Shown here: piece after piece, positions 26,461 through 39,732 of the stretch
Numbering within the stretch: position 1 is the stretch's first letter
How the letters are laid out: each line of letters begins with the position of its first letter
Assembly (NCBI GenBank): GCA_977017645.1
Contig: OZ360242.1
Span: 34,534,001-34,598,000 of the forward strand
DNA from: Torpedo marmorata
Taxonomy: Eukaryota
Direction: 5' to 3'
DNA length: 64,000 nt
Position numbers and translations under genes: made by a program
The notes under the pieces: model-generated
Told to the model about the DNA's origin: nothing
Seen by the model: only the letters and a program-made list of their open reading frames with translations
Databases searched by the model: none

Positions 26461-27239
26461 AATCAGAATTTATTTATTGTCATGAACATGTCACAAAATT
26501 CGTTGTTTTGTGGCAGCATCACAGTGAAAACATTTATATAACCACCTTACAAAATAAATAAAAATAGTGCAAGAAAAAGACAAAGTAAGGTAGTGTTTAT
26601 GGTTCATTGTTCATTCAGGGATCTGATGGCAGAGGGGAGGGAAGAAGCTGTCCTTGTGCTGCTGAGTGCTTGTCTTCAGGCTCCTGTACCTTTTTCCCAA
26701 TGGTAGCAGAATGAAGAGGGCATGGCCTGGAGGGTGCGGGGGGGACCTTGAGGATAGAGGCTGCTTTCTTAAGACACCACCTCTTGAAGATGTCCTCGAT
26801 GGAGTGAAGACTGGTGCCCGTGATGTCGCAGGCCGCGTTAATAACCCTCTGGAGATTTTTCTTGTCCTGAATGTTGGCACTTCCATACCAGACAGCGATG
26901 CAACCAGCCAGAATGCTGTCCACAGTACACCTGCAGAAGTTTCCGAGAGTCTTCGGTGATATTCCGAATCTCCTCAAACTCCTCACAAAGTATAGCCATT
27001 GGTGAGCCTTCTTTGTGATTGCATCAACATGGAGGCTCCAGGAGATCCTCAGAGATGTCAACAACCAGGAATTTGAAATTCTTGATCCTCTCCACTGCTG
27101 ACCCCTCGATGAGGACTGGTTCGTGTTCTCCTGATTTCCTCCTGAAGTCCACAATCATGCTCCTTGGGTTTGCTAATGTTGAGTGCAAGGTTATTGTTGT
27201 GACACCACTCAACTAGCTGATCTATCTCCCTCCTGTACG
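26461..27239 (-). mobile_element. Rex1/Babar LINE 3' fragment inserted in an older LINE
   Basis: [14 protein letters not shown]...CRCTVDSILAGCI; 7-bp TSD cttccag. Confidence 0.9.
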
Positions 27240-28189
27240 CTTCCAGGTGGTGATGTTCCAATGTCTTTCTAGCTGGTAGAGGTCATGGGTTTATAAGAGG
27301 CTGTCCAAGGAGTCTTGATGAGTTGCTGCAGGGCATCGTGTTCATTGGTGGTTGAGTGAGTAAATAGTTGTTGGTAGGTTGCTTATCAAGCAACCTGCTA
27401 TGTCCCATGCAGTGTCAAGCTTCTTGTGTGTTGTTAAAGTTGCACTTATGTAGGCAAAGGGAGAGTATTCAGTCACACTTCTGACTTGAACCTTGTAGAT
27501 AGTGAACAGGCTTTGAGGAGGTAGGAGGTGAGTGGCTTACCAGCTTCTATTTCTAAAATTAACCATGCTATATCCAACTGAATTATGATTACTGTCATCA
27601 AAATGCTCTCCCTCTTAAACTTTTTTATCCTGTTCACCTTTGTTCCCTACCACCAAGTCCTGAAGTGCCCCAACATGTTGCGATTTCTTCAAAGCATTAT
27701 TGCCTTGAAACTAGATTTTGCTTTCTCCAGGGTGCATATACATTGTTGTTGCAAATCGAATCCCCCCAATAGATTGTTAAATTAGGGGAAATAACAAATA
27801 TACTCCAGAGTTAGCTTGGTTTCCACCTCAGAAAGTGTGATGAATTATGACCCATGTGAGTCCTAATGGGAAGAGCAGCATTGTACTGCTGCTTCCTTCC
27901 ACTGCTTTGATTCATCAAATCATAGAAATGTTAAGCAGAGAAATGAACCCTTTTGCTGCACGTCATCTTTGCTGACCATGATGCCCAATCCCATTTTCCC
28001 GCACTAGGCCCACATCCCTCTATGATTTTCCTGTTCGAGTTCCCGTCCAAATGTCTTTTAAACGTTCACATTTGTTGCATTTTCTCAGTTTGAGCATAAA
28101 CTGAGTACTTTGGAATGCAGAGGAGTGGTTTCCACTGAGTTTTACAGATGCCATTTGAAGTTGTCCAATGATGGCAGAGCGACACTTAT

Positions 28190-28442
28190 TTTTAAATTTA
28201 GACATACAGCACGGTAACAGGCCCTTTCGGCCCACGAGCCCATGCGGCCCAATTACAGCCAATTAACCTACAACCCCCGGTACGTTTCGAACGGTGGGAG
28301 GAAACCGGAGCCCCCGGAGAAAACCCACGCAGACACGGAGAACGTACAAACTCCTTACAGACAGCGCGGGATTCGAACCAAGTCCAAATCGCTGACGCTG
28401 TAACAGCATTGCGATAACCACTATGCTAACCATGCCGCCCCC
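28190..28442 (-). mobile_element. HE1-like V-SINE
   Basis: Same family as the 10355 and 17770 copies. Confidence 0.9.
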
Positions 28443-28697
28443 TAATTGAAGAACATGGCACTTGTGCTACTTAGTTTTTTTTAATGACGATTTGACAAGT
28501 CATTTCTGGACTTGAGAGCTCAAATTACAAGTGGTTGAAACATACAAAACTGAATACATTGCAGATGCTGGATTTTGATGCCAAACACAATCCTCTGGAA
28601 GAACTCAGCAGGTCAAGAAGCATCAGTGCGAGAAAACAAATGCTCTCCACACCCCCACACCCCCCCCCCACCCCCCCCCACATTAGTTCCATCTAGC

Positions 28698-28925
28698 CAG
28701 TGGTTCTCAACCTTTTTGGTCTAAGGCCACCTGGTTTCTGGCCTAACATGCCCACTAATGGCAATCATTGAGCAATATTTTCAAGTCAAAGGCAGCTCTG
28801 TAATAAACACATTTTTATCTAATTTAATGCATTTTATTTAACATTTATTTAACATTTTTAAAGACCCACATGGCAACACGCTGTGGCCGACCAGCGGGTC
28901 ATGGCCTACTGGTTGAGAACCAGTA
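28698..28925. mobile_element. hAT-Charlie-like MITE within an old inverted Penelope-type remnant (about 28550-29180)
   Basis: TIRs cagtggttctcaacc / ggttgagaaccagta; ctag context on both sides. Confidence 0.65.
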
Positions 28926-30776
28926 GGGGGCTAGATTCTAATCTCTCTTTATATGATCATGCTCACCTCTACTAATCAGATTCCAACACTGGCAGCTTTT
29001 GTCTTCTAATCATCCACTCCCCCCGACTGGCTCATCTTCCTCCACCTGACCTCTGTGTTTCTTGCCTCTGTACTCTGCCTCTGTCCGTCATGTTTCACCT
29101 CGATATGTCAACCATTCTTTTTCTCCCACTGATGCAGCTTGATTGCTGAGTTCCTCCAGTAGATAGTGTTTGGATGCAAAACTGAATTACTGATGTCAAT
29201 ATGTGTGAACCTAACACTGGAAAAACTGTTCAGTCTCAGGTGCCAGCTGACCAGAGGTCACCGTCCAATTTCATGACTGGTGCAATTTCAAGCAGAAATA
29301 ATGGCTAATGTTATTACTTCCAGGTAAAATCAATGTGAATTACATAGCACTGAAGATACCAGCAAAACATAATCCAATTTTTTAGGCATCACTACTTTCC
29401 ATACTATTTTTGTCCAAGACAGTAGTCTAGAGCATGCTGATGGCTCGCCTACAGATCAATAGAAAAATACCAGGCAGCTGCAGCAATTTCTGAACATTTG
29501 TTCTGTGGTGCTGTACATTGGAGGTCATGATCCCACTGGAGGTCAGATTCATGTGTGTTTTTTAATTCTGCCAGGGTGTTCTGTAAAACAAGGGACCAGA
29601 CCCAAATGGCATACAGATGATACACATGGGGGGATGGGTGTTGTGTTCCCAGATAAAGATCCATCACAATTTTGCAAAAGGCAAAAGTGCATCATCGACA
29701 CATGCACAAAAAAGCACGAGTTTTTAAAATATATATATATATTGTGTTTGTTTATTTATTTAGTGTTTTTTTCCATATGAATTCTGAGAGAGTTAATTTT
29801 ATTCAATATCTCAAATTTTTGGATAGTGATTTGTGAATTTTGTGAGGGGTAAGTTCCATTACACAAAGGACCGTATCGCAGAGCCTCCCCGGCTCAATAC
29901 ACAGTCATTCATTTTAAGTGCTCTGTTGATCATTTAAAAGTTACATTCATTTTCTTTCTTTCAAAATATGTTTACATCTTTCATTAATTGTAGTTTCATG
30001 TATTTTAAATGAATGTATTTTTTATTAATAGGCATGTCTCTCTTATCCTTTTCTCACTATGCAATTACCCAACTTCAATCTGAAATACATCTGTGTTGTT
30101 AATCTTAACCACTCTTTGTGGTTGTGAGTTCCACAGTTCAGTTATTCTCTGCAGATAGTCGTTTTCTGTATTCCACATTGGATTTATTAGCAAGTACCTT
30201 ATTATTGAAATTACAATTTGAGCATTGCAAAAGAGTATTTTTGAAACCGAGAAACACTTTCCCATTTTGGCAAAGGAAACATGACATACTCATGCATTAG
30301 TAATGCAACAAGGCACAACTATTGAACACCTGCAAGATACTCCTACACAGAGTTGAACAGTATCACAAAGATCAATGCCACATGCCTCACAGTGACAGCT
30401 TATTTACATTGAAGAATTATTACAGCAGAATAGTAAATTGTATTTGAAAGGTCAAATCAAATCATGGGTAATTGCTTGAAGAAGGTCACTTCCTACAGAA
30501 AATCTGAAAATAGATTTTTCATATCACATTTAATAAAAGGGTTTATATGGAAAGGTGCCCATTATTTTTGAAAGATGTTTTCATTAAAATCACCAAAGCA
30601 GGGAGAGATTATAGGAACATTTAACTATTCATTATTATCTGTTCAGATTTCACTCACGTTTTTCTTGCAGTGTGCATTGAAAGACCACGTTTGGTAATGA
30701 GCACTTGCTTTCTACAAACTTTTTAATCACAATATCTGCTAATGTGGAAGTTGAACAGAAAACCACATTATTGTTT

Positions 30777-31638
30777 TGTTACAAATTCAAACCAGCAACG
30801 ACAGAAGACGCAATGCAAAAGGGGTAAAATTGAAATTATTATTTATTAAACACAACAATTAACCCACTATAAACGTCTATAAACTCTATTCTTATCTAAA
30901 AGGTGTGTGTGTGTGTGTGTGTAAAGCCCAGACCACTACAGTCTGTGCCCAACCCCTATGTAAAAATGGAAAAACTTTCCCCAAAAACCCCAGGTCAGTC
31001 ATAAAAAACAAGTCAGTCAAAAAAAAAGGATAATACAGTCTACAAAATTCACTCTCTAAGTTCAGGCTTCAACTTCAGCTCTGTGTCTGGTAGAAGTACT
31101 TCTGAATGAACGTTGGAGAGAGACAATGACTGTTTATGCTTACAAATATTTGTTTTCTTCTCTGATGACGTCCCCTTCTTGGGTGTTCATAAGGATTGTC
31201 TGTTCAGATCAGTATACCACTGATTTAGGCGTATGCTTGAATCTCACAGCTAGTCTCGCTGATCTCACGCCTGTTCTCCACAGAAGTTGCTTTTTCTCAG
31301 AATTTCTCTGAGACAGGAGGCCATGTGCTATTCTGCCAGTCTTTTCTCTCTGGCTGTGCACTCTAGCCTTTGCAACTTACAACTGTCTGCTTTGTTCAGT
31401 GAACTACACCTGCTTTTTGCAAAAGTGAAACAAATGTATCTTGTCCACAGTCTGTCTCTCTCTCTCTGGTCTCTCTCTGTCTGGGTACACCAAGAGTGCA
31501 ACAATGTATCTTGTCTGGGTACACCAAGTCGCTGGGGAAGTTAACTCTTTCAGTACCTGGCCCCAGTGTATACTCCAAAAGACTTCATCCTTCCTGCTGA
31601 CCGTCAGTAGTCCAAATGGTCAGTCATGGTCCATAACA
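30777..31638 (-). mobile_element. Probable solo LTR (Gypsy-like)
   Basis: TGTTA...TAACA termini; 4-bp flanks gttt/gtat; tttatt (AATAAA on -) near the left end; internal (GT)n and a short duplication. Confidence 0.55.
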
Positions 31639-31799
31639 GTATTTAGTCTATTGCAAATGGCACATGAACCCTCTTGACTTTGAGTGATTTGATTAAGCTT
31701 AGTCAATCTGGTATGTCCATGATAGTAAAGAACATTTTATTGGTTAGAAACTACTTAACTCCCAATGCCCTGACTTAGCTCAACCAACATTACTGAAGA

Positions 31800-31960
31800 G
31801 AAAGATGGTTCATTGCTTCTTATGGGAGATTTTTAATATTTAAATTGGCTTCACTGTGTCCCACAAGAGCAAATACACTTCACTATGTACTGCATTGACT
31901 ACAGATTATATTGGAGCATCCTGTGGGTTATGAGAGATGCTAAAAATGGACAATATTTTG
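31800..31960 (+). mobile_element. Ancient DeuSINE/SacSINE-like remnant (similar decayed copies about 13410-13600, 14895-15000 and 39330-39400 on -)
   Basis: Resembles the tcattgct..gggag..aaattggct...cacttca..gtact.cattg core; recognised by eye only. Confidence 0.4.
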
Positions 31961-32580
31961 TTTTGGGCTTTCATATAAAAATTGACCAATATTTTAGATT
32001 AATTTCATAAATGATTGTGGCTTAGCATTCAATATAACTCTATCCAGCATCTAATGATATCTAATCAAGAGAACTATGATCAGTTGAGATTTAATCTAGC
32101 TCTCTGAAGATGCAAATTTTTAAAAATGGAAATAAATAGCAATTAATTAATTTTTACTGCCTCACCACAGATGTATTCCCTATTGGATACCTGCCTTGCA
32201 AGTAGCTCTATATTAGCCAGTAAAATCTACATTTTGATAATTGAGATAAGTGCACCTCATTGTCATGTGTGAGAGTGTTATCTGACTGCCAGCATAAGGG
32301 TCCTGTTTTTGTATCCCTATATAACACCCTGAATGGTTTTATGTAAAATATGTTGGAATAAAATCTGCATATCATCACCCTGTGCTGACAGTTTTGTTAA
32401 CTCTTTCATGGCAAGTGCACGTAACTAGCAGGGGCAGCATTTATTTTATGATCTTTGAAACCTTGTTGTTGCTTTTGTGACTTTCAGGTTAAAGGAAAAG
32501 TTTGGCCACCAGAATGTTCAATTTTGTTTCTTATTGTCATACAATTGTATAAGTACAACTGGACGAAACAGCATTCTTCG

Positions 32581-32895
32581 CTCTTATGGTCCTGTGGGAT
32601 TGACCTCCGATCCAATGCTCCACAGCAACCGTACCACACTGTGATGCAGCCAGCCAGGACGCTCTTGATAGAGCTCCTGTAGAAAGTTGACAGGATGGTA
32701 GCCTTGCCCGCTTCAGTCTTCTCAGGAAGTGTAGTTGCTGTTGCGCCTTCCTGAGAAGTGAGGATATGTTGTGTGTCCAGGATAGGTCACTACTTAAGTG
32801 AACTCTAAGGAACTTGGTGCTCTCCACTCTCTCCACTTCTGAGTTATTGATGTGTAGTGGAGGGTGGACATCCCTGGTCCTTCTGAAGTCCAAAT
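32581..32895 (-). mobile_element. Rex1/Babar-like fragment (subfamily of the 10861 element)
   Basis: VERVESTKFL.VH.SSDLSWTHNIS...KAQQQLHFLRRLK. Confidence 0.75.
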
Positions 32896-32980
32896 ATTGA
32901 CCTTTGCTGAGTTTTTTTGCATGTAGCTGGGAGATCCATGAGCAGGTCATCATCATTAGTGTCCTTGAGAATGCAGTATT

Positions 32981-35798
32981 TACCACCTTAAATTGTAATA
33001 AACAATGTCTTGCACAGAAAGAAGAGGTGTTAATCAAGCTAAGAGTATGATACCAGTCTTCGTCTGAAAATGTTATATTTAAATCACGTTCCCAATCATT
33101 CTTAATCCCTGCCATAGGGACTGATCTTATATCCAATAAATTGTTATATATGCATGATGTTAATCCACGCTGAAAAAAGAACCGTAAATTAAATAATAAA
33201 TCAAAAAAATTAGTATTTGAAATTCGAGGAAAATCTGATAACTTAGACTGAACAAAATGCCTAATTTGTAAATATCTAAAAAAATGTCTATTAGAAAGAT
33301 TAAATTTGGCTACCAATTGTTCGAAAGAGGCGAAGTTATCTCGAATAAAAAGATCATTATAACTATGAATTCCCTTTCTATACCATTCCTTAAATCCTGC
33401 ATCCAACACGAACGGCTGGAAAAGAGGAACGTGTCAAGGTTGCCCTTTGAGTCCTTTGCTTTTTGATATAGTACTAGAACCTCTGGCTGTCGCTCTCCGA
33501 CAGTGTCGAGAATTCAAAGGTGTAACTAGATGTGGAATTGAACATAAAGTATCTCTTTATGCAGATGATTTATTGCTTTTTATTTCAAATCCTGAGGTTT
33601 CTATACCAAATATATTAACTTTGTTTACTCAATTTAGTCAATTTTCAGGTTATAAATTAAATTTACATAAGAGTGAATTATTGACTTTAAGACGACCTCT
33701 AGTTAGTTATTCTAAGTTTCCATTTAAAATAGTGAATGATCAATTCCAATATTTAGGAATTACAATTACAAAAAGTCATAAAAATTTAATGAAAGAGAAT
33801 TTCTGGGTATTAATAAGATTAAACCGTTATTATCAGGTTGGTCTCCTTTATCAATCACAATGATGGGTCGTATCAATTCAATTAAAATGAACATTTTGCC
33901 TAAATTTCTTTATCTTTTCCAAGCCTTACCAATTTTTATCCCTAAGGTTTTTTTACTTCATTAGATTCGGTCCTTTCTTCGTATATATGGCAGGGAAAAC
34001 AACCACACATAAACAAAACCCATCTTCAAAAGATTAAAAGGAATGGAGGGTTATCACTTCCAGATTTTAGATTTTATTATTGGGCGATTAATATTCGTAA
34101 TTTGCTTTTTTTATTGCATTTTGAACCATGTCCTATAATTGCTCGGTTTAGTTTTTCACGTGAACTTAACAAACTTTTGTCTGCATCACAGGAAAAAGTT
34201 TTAGCTTTTTCCACATTGATTGCCAGATGAGTAATTTTATTGAAATGGAAAGATGAGTTATCACCGACACATAGACAGTGGTTACGAGATGTAATGTCCT
34301 TTCTGAGTTTGGAGAAAATTAGATATAATATTAAAGATAGAAAGTTTCAATTTTTAAAGATCTGGGGGTCATTCATTGAATACTATCATGATTGGAAGAA
34401 TTAACAAAACTGACTATCCCGAGGAGTCTCTGTCCGATGCTTGGAGGTCGCTACAGGATCCATACCTTTTTTTTTGTTCTTTTCCTTCTTTTTTTCAACC
34501 TTAAGGTAACCTTGCTTAGAGGGAGGGGTTAGAATAGATTAGTTATTAGTGTTTTTTTTTGGGTTTTTTTCTTTCTTTTTATTTTATTTTCATTTGTTTT
34601 TTTTAAGGTAATTATACGGAACTAGAGTTTTAACCTATATTCAGAATTTAGTTACGACAATTTACTTCATTTTTTTTATGAATACCAGCTGATTTTTTTG
34701 AATGTTTTTCTTGATTCTGTTACTCTGTATACATGTTTATTGTTGAAACTCAATAAAAATATTTTAAAAAGAAAGAAAAGAGAATCGTCCTTCCTGGGTA
34801 GAAATGGAACTGAAGTTTCAAAAAAAAAATCTATGTTGGCAATTTTGGGATCCTTTTTACCATTTTCATTTTATAAATTAACTCATAATCTGTTATTGAG
34901 ATATAGATTAAGAATATGGGTTCAGTTTAGAAAATGTTTTGGTTTTAATAGTTTTTCTCTGGCTAGTCCTATTACAATTTAAGGTGGTACATAGAATCCA
35001 TATGTTTAAACTTAAATTATCTCGTTTTTATGCAGATATTGATCCACTATGTGAGAAGTGTAAAATTTTTGAAGCCTCACTGATTCATATGTATTGGCAA
35101 TGCCCAAATTTAGAGAGATTTTGGAAAGATATTTTTCAAATTTTATCGATGATTTTTAAGCTTTGTTTGGTTTTTCACGTGAACCAAATATACCTCTGTC
35201 TGCATCTCAGGAGAAAGTTCTAGCCTTTTCCACGTTGATAACCAGATGAGCAATTTTATTGAAATGGAAAGACGATTCATCACCGATACATAGACAGTGG
35301 TTACAGGATGTAATGTCTTATCTGAGCTTGGAGAAAATTAGATATAATATTAAAGATAGAAAGTTTCAATTTCTAAAGATATGGGGCCCATTTATAGAAT
35401 ACTATCATGATTGGAAGAATTAGTAAACGTGAATGTTCTGAGGATTCTATGTCTGAGATCTGGAGATCGCTATCTGATCCATTGTCTCTTTTTTCTTTGT
35501 TATAAAGGTAACCTTTTATAGAGGGAGGGGTTAGATTAGAATTAGCTTTTAGAATTTTTTCTTTTTTTTTTGGAATTTCTTTTACATTTTATATTATTGT
35601 CAATAATTTGGAATATGAGTTTTAACATGAATTTATAACATATTCATAACTTGTTCTATATTTAAACTTGGGAACTGGTTAATGTCGTTTCATTTGCTTG
35701 TTTTTCCTTTGAATTTGTATGATTATATGTTTTTATTTTTTTTTCTTGTATGTTTGTTTATATGTTAAACTCAATAAAAATATTTTAAAAAGAAAGAA
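32981..35798 (+). mobile_element. Rearranged L1 insertion (inverted 5' block 32981-33405) containing a second L1 3' end (about 34125-34780)
   Basis: 11-bp TSD aatgcagtatt (32970-32980 / 35799-35809); RT motifs QGCPLSPLLF and YADD; two AATAAA + A-rich tails. Confidence 0.85.
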
Positions 35799-36299
35799 AA
35801 TGCAGTATTGAGCCATCTTCTTGAATCCCCGCCAATTCACATTCCCACATAGCTATTTGGTGGGGTTTCCCAGATTTTGCCCCAAAATTGTATCCAGTGT
35901 CAATGAAATAACCACTAAGGCACCAACTGGGAGTAATGTCAGATAAAATTTGAGGTTATGAAATGGCGGTGCAGGTTTGAGCAGCCAGGTAGGCTGATCC
36001 CACTCCTCGTTCATGTATTTGTATATTTTTGCACAGACTCATTCAAGGAGATAATGAAACAAGAGATGTTGGTGAAGGAAGGGTGCAGTCAAAAGCTCAG
36101 TAAAGTAAGTAGGTCTTGAGGAGCATTTCAAAGGATGAAGAGGTGAGGTTTAGGGAAGGAATTTCAGAGTTGAAGGTATATCTTAACATAGGGCTAGCCA
36201 TCTATGGTGGAGAGGTTGAAATCTGGAATGAACAAGAAGCCAACATTGGTGGAATGCAGAATAGATACGATTGCTGTACACTGGAGAGATTACAAAGAG

Positions 36300-37498
36300 A
36301 TTACTATCTCGACTACACTTCTTCACACCCAATCCCCTGCAAGGATTCTATTCCTTTCTCTCAATTCCTCTGTCTCTGTCATATCTGCTTCCAAGATGAG
36401 GCTTCCAGTCCAGATCATCCGAGATGTCCTCTTTCTACCAAAAACATGGATTCCCCTCTACTACCACCAACTCTTCCCTTACCCACACCTCCTCCATATC
36501 CTGCTCACCTGCCATGGCCCCCTCTGCCCCTAGACACAACAAAAACAGGATTCCCCTTGTCCTCACCTCCCACCCTCCGCATCCATCATATTATCTTCTG
36601 TAATTTCTGTCACCTACAACATGATCCCACCACTAGACACATCTTCCCCTCTCCTCCTTCCGTAGGGACTGCTCCCTCTGTGACTCCCTCGTCCACTCAT
36701 CCCTTCCCACTAATTGCCCCTTTGAACCTTCCCCTGTGGCTGCAGGAAGTGCCATAGTTGCGCTCACACCTCCTCCCTCACCACCATTCAGGGCCCTAAA
36801 CAGTCCTTCCAAGTGAAGCAACACTTCACTTGTGAATCTGCGGGAGTCATCCGGTGCTCCCGGTGTGGCCTTCTCTACATCGGAGATACTGGACGCAGAC
36901 TGGGAGATCACTTCGCTGAGCACCTTCGCTCTGTCTGCATCAATGACAGGGATCTCCCAGTGGCCAACCATTTCAATTCTGTGCCCTACTCCCGCACTAA
37001 CATGGCTGTCTATGGCCTCATGCACTGCCAAACCAAGGCCACCTGTAAATTGGTGGAGTAACACCTAATATTCCATCTGGGCACTCTCCAACCGGATGGC
37101 ATGAACATCAACTTCAGTTTCTGCTAGCCTACTCCCCGTTCTCCCTCTTTTCCCCATCGCTCTGTCTCCTTTCCTCCTGCTCTCCACCCCCTTCCCTCTC
37201 CATTCACAGAGCCATCTCCCCTCCCCTTGTTTGCTGGTTGCCCTCCCTCCCTTATCCACCTATTACCTCCTGCCTGTAGGACTGTGCTGCTCCCTGTGCC
37301 CCTCGGCCCCCACCCCCAGCATTTTGTTCGGGTGCCTGCCAACATTTTTCTCATATATTGATGAAGGGCTCAAGCCTGAAACGCCTGTTATGTATCTTTA
37401 TCTTTGCTATATAAAGTACACAGTTTGTCCTGCTGAGTTTCTCCAGCATTGTGTTTTTACTTCAATCACTGTGTCTGCAGACTTTTGTGTTTTACTCA
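36300..37498 (+). mobile_element. 5'-truncated Penelope-like element (RT thumb, GIY-YIG endonuclease, 3' pLTR with hammerhead motif)
   Basis: YLDYTSSHP..CKDSIPFSQFL; FTCES..VI.CSRCGLLYIG.TGRRLGD.FAEH; 13-bp TSD agattacaaagag. Confidence 0.9.
37352..37392 (+). ncRNA. Degenerate minimal (type I) hammerhead-ribozyme motif in the Penelope pLTR
   Basis: TTGATGA-A-GGGC-TCAA-GCCT-GAAACG; related copies at 37878-37908 (-), 53129-53163 (-) and 57715-57754 (-). Confidence 0.6.
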
Positions 37499-37811
37499 AG
37501 ATTACAAAGAGGCCAGATGAGGTCATGAAAGGTCATAAAAACAAGGGTGAAGATTTTAACATTAAAATTTTGATTCGTACATTTGTGCAGTTCACGCAAC
37601 ATAGGAAATGCATGAACAGAATTATAATTTCACCCTCCACTTTGTGGCTAAATTACCTCCTTCCGTGATATAATCTGTCTTTAATTTTGTATATTAAAGG
37701 CATTATTTTGCAATATGCAGGAAGCAAGTACTGATCGTGAATGTGCTCTTTGAAATTAATAGGCTAGTTCTATTGGTGTCCTTTTCTTGTAACAGCCTTG
37801 TAAATTATTTT

Positions 37812-37950
37812 GAGCAACAGACAAAATGCTGGAGGAACTCAGCGGGTCAGGCAGGATTGATTGATGGGAATAAATAGTCAATGTTTCGGGTCGAAACCCT
37901 TCATCGGGCTTTTGTGTGTTGCTCCAGTTTTCCAGCATCTGCATTCTCTT
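37812..37950. mobile_element. Short inverted Penelope pLTR-derived insertion carrying a hammerhead motif (-)
   Basis: 14-bp TSD ttgtaaattatttt; reverse complement reads ccgatgaagggtttcgacccgaaacat. Confidence 0.75.
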
Positions 37951-37990
37951 TTGTAAATTATTTTTGTCCTTTTTCCTTTTCTCTTTACAG

Positions 37991-38123
37991 TTTGTCAGCA
38001 GGTCTGATAACAAGTACAAAAGATTAAACAGCAGTGAGCGTGTGCGAATTGTCACCAGCTCCCCATCTGGCCCAGTGAAAGCCTCTTTTGAAACACTGAA
38101 ACTCTCACCTGAGAAGCTGGATG
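37991..38123 (+). CDS. CARD11: CARD11 exon: [44 protein letters not shown]
   Basis: Long pyrimidine tract ending ctttacag, donor G|gtaaga; 133 nt. Matches human [20 protein letters not shown] (recalled). Confidence 0.94.
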
Positions 38124-39552
38124 GTAAGAGAAAGAACGAACTTGCATTATCTCCTTTGACAGTCTTTAAGGATGGATAATGGCTTGATTCCACTCAGTGT
38201 GCTGGTTCTGAGGAGGCTGATGAGGTCACTGTGGGAACTACAGTCAGATCAGGAAGTGCCTGACTGAATAGTGGGCAGTTAGTTGTGAGGTAATCTGCAC
38301 CTTCTGCTGCTTACACATGATTTCTTTCTGCTCCCATGCATGGACTCAGCTTGCTCAATACCATTCTAAATCCTCCTTCTCCATTTTGAGTGGTTGTGGG
38401 TCAAATATGTCCAAGAACCAGTTGCAATGTTCAATGTATTCAAAAGGCTTTGAGCACATCCCTGAATCTTTTCCTCTGTCCACCTAATAATCTCTTCCCA
38501 GAACAGAATAGATTGCTGTTTTCGAAGTTTTGTATATACGAATGCCACCACCTGCCCAACATAAGCAGCTGACTATAACTAGATCTTCAGTGTCTGGGAG
38601 AGGAAACTGATGTTGGTTCACATTTCCTTCCAGAGAGTTGGGAGAACTTTGCAGAGACAACATTGGTGGTATCTTTCCAGTGCTTTGAGGTCCCTGCTGT
38701 TGGTATTCCAGGTCTCCATATTTTACAGGAGAGCAGGGATCATTGTTGCCCAGTAGATTAGGGCTTTGGGCCTATTGTCTGAGGAATCGATCCTCCAATT
38801 CCCTTTTCCTCATTGGTCCAAATGCTGTGCTGATGCATTGAAGGTGGTGATGAATTTCTGCTTTCACTTGGATATAGGAAATGCTTTTCACAATCTCAGG
38901 ATGTCCAAAATGGTTTGAAGTTAGTTTTCTTTTTCTTAATAGTATTCTTTTGTCCATCTATCAAAGTCATTTACCTTTACATTGACAGGTGCAATGCAAA
39001 TCCTGCAAGTTCATCTGGGCAACATCCCAAAGAGTGTGCTAACTGTTCCTGAGGAATGAGCTGACCCCCAAAGTGTTGCCACTCACTCTCGGGTCTCATT
39101 TCATAGTGTCGCCTTCCGACCGGCTGGCTTAGGTAAAAACACAGCTTGAGGCTTTCAGGTGGTTTATGTCTTCTTTTCCCCCACAGGAAGCTGATCTGTT
39201 TCCTGAATATCCACTTGCCAAGGTTTTTGAGTTGTGCCTGCCAGAATCCCCGACAGGTGATTGCAGGGTAGTTCCTACACAATGCCAGGATTTTTTTCTA
39301 CGGTGCTGTGTTTGCAATAAAGTAAATTTCTGGAATTTTAGTCACTGTTGTAGTGTAATAAACACAACAGCCAACTAGTGCATCACAAATAGTATTAAGT
39401 TGATCACCATCATCACATTAATAATGTTTAGTGCAGCATAAATGTTGCCCAGCCATAGACATATTTTAGCCTCATTTACAAAAATTGCAAGATCATTGGA
39501 AGTAAACCAAGATGAATATTTTTCCCCTGTTAATTCTATTTTGTTCTTTAAG

Positions 39553-39732
39553 ATGTGGATCCAGAAAGCGACATAAAAAAGAATTTCAACCTGATTCCAT
39601 ACAGCCTGGTCCATCCATACCATACTCAGCGGAAGCGTCCTGTGCTGTTCTCACCCACCCCACTAGCCAAAATGCTTGTGCAAAAGTTACTGAATTCTGG
39701 AGAAGCCATGGAATTTGATATCTGCAAAACAG
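39553..39732 (+). CDS. CARD11: CARD11 exon (start of GUK): [60 protein letters not shown]
   Basis: Acceptor ttgttctttaag, donor G|gtaaag; 180 nt. Contains the LIPYSLV...RPVLF.P...LLNSG.AMEF.ICK motifs. Confidence 0.95.

Noticed and set aside
32537-33409. 290-aa ORF
   Set aside because: Read-through from the inverted L1 block into an unrelated Rex1-like fragment.
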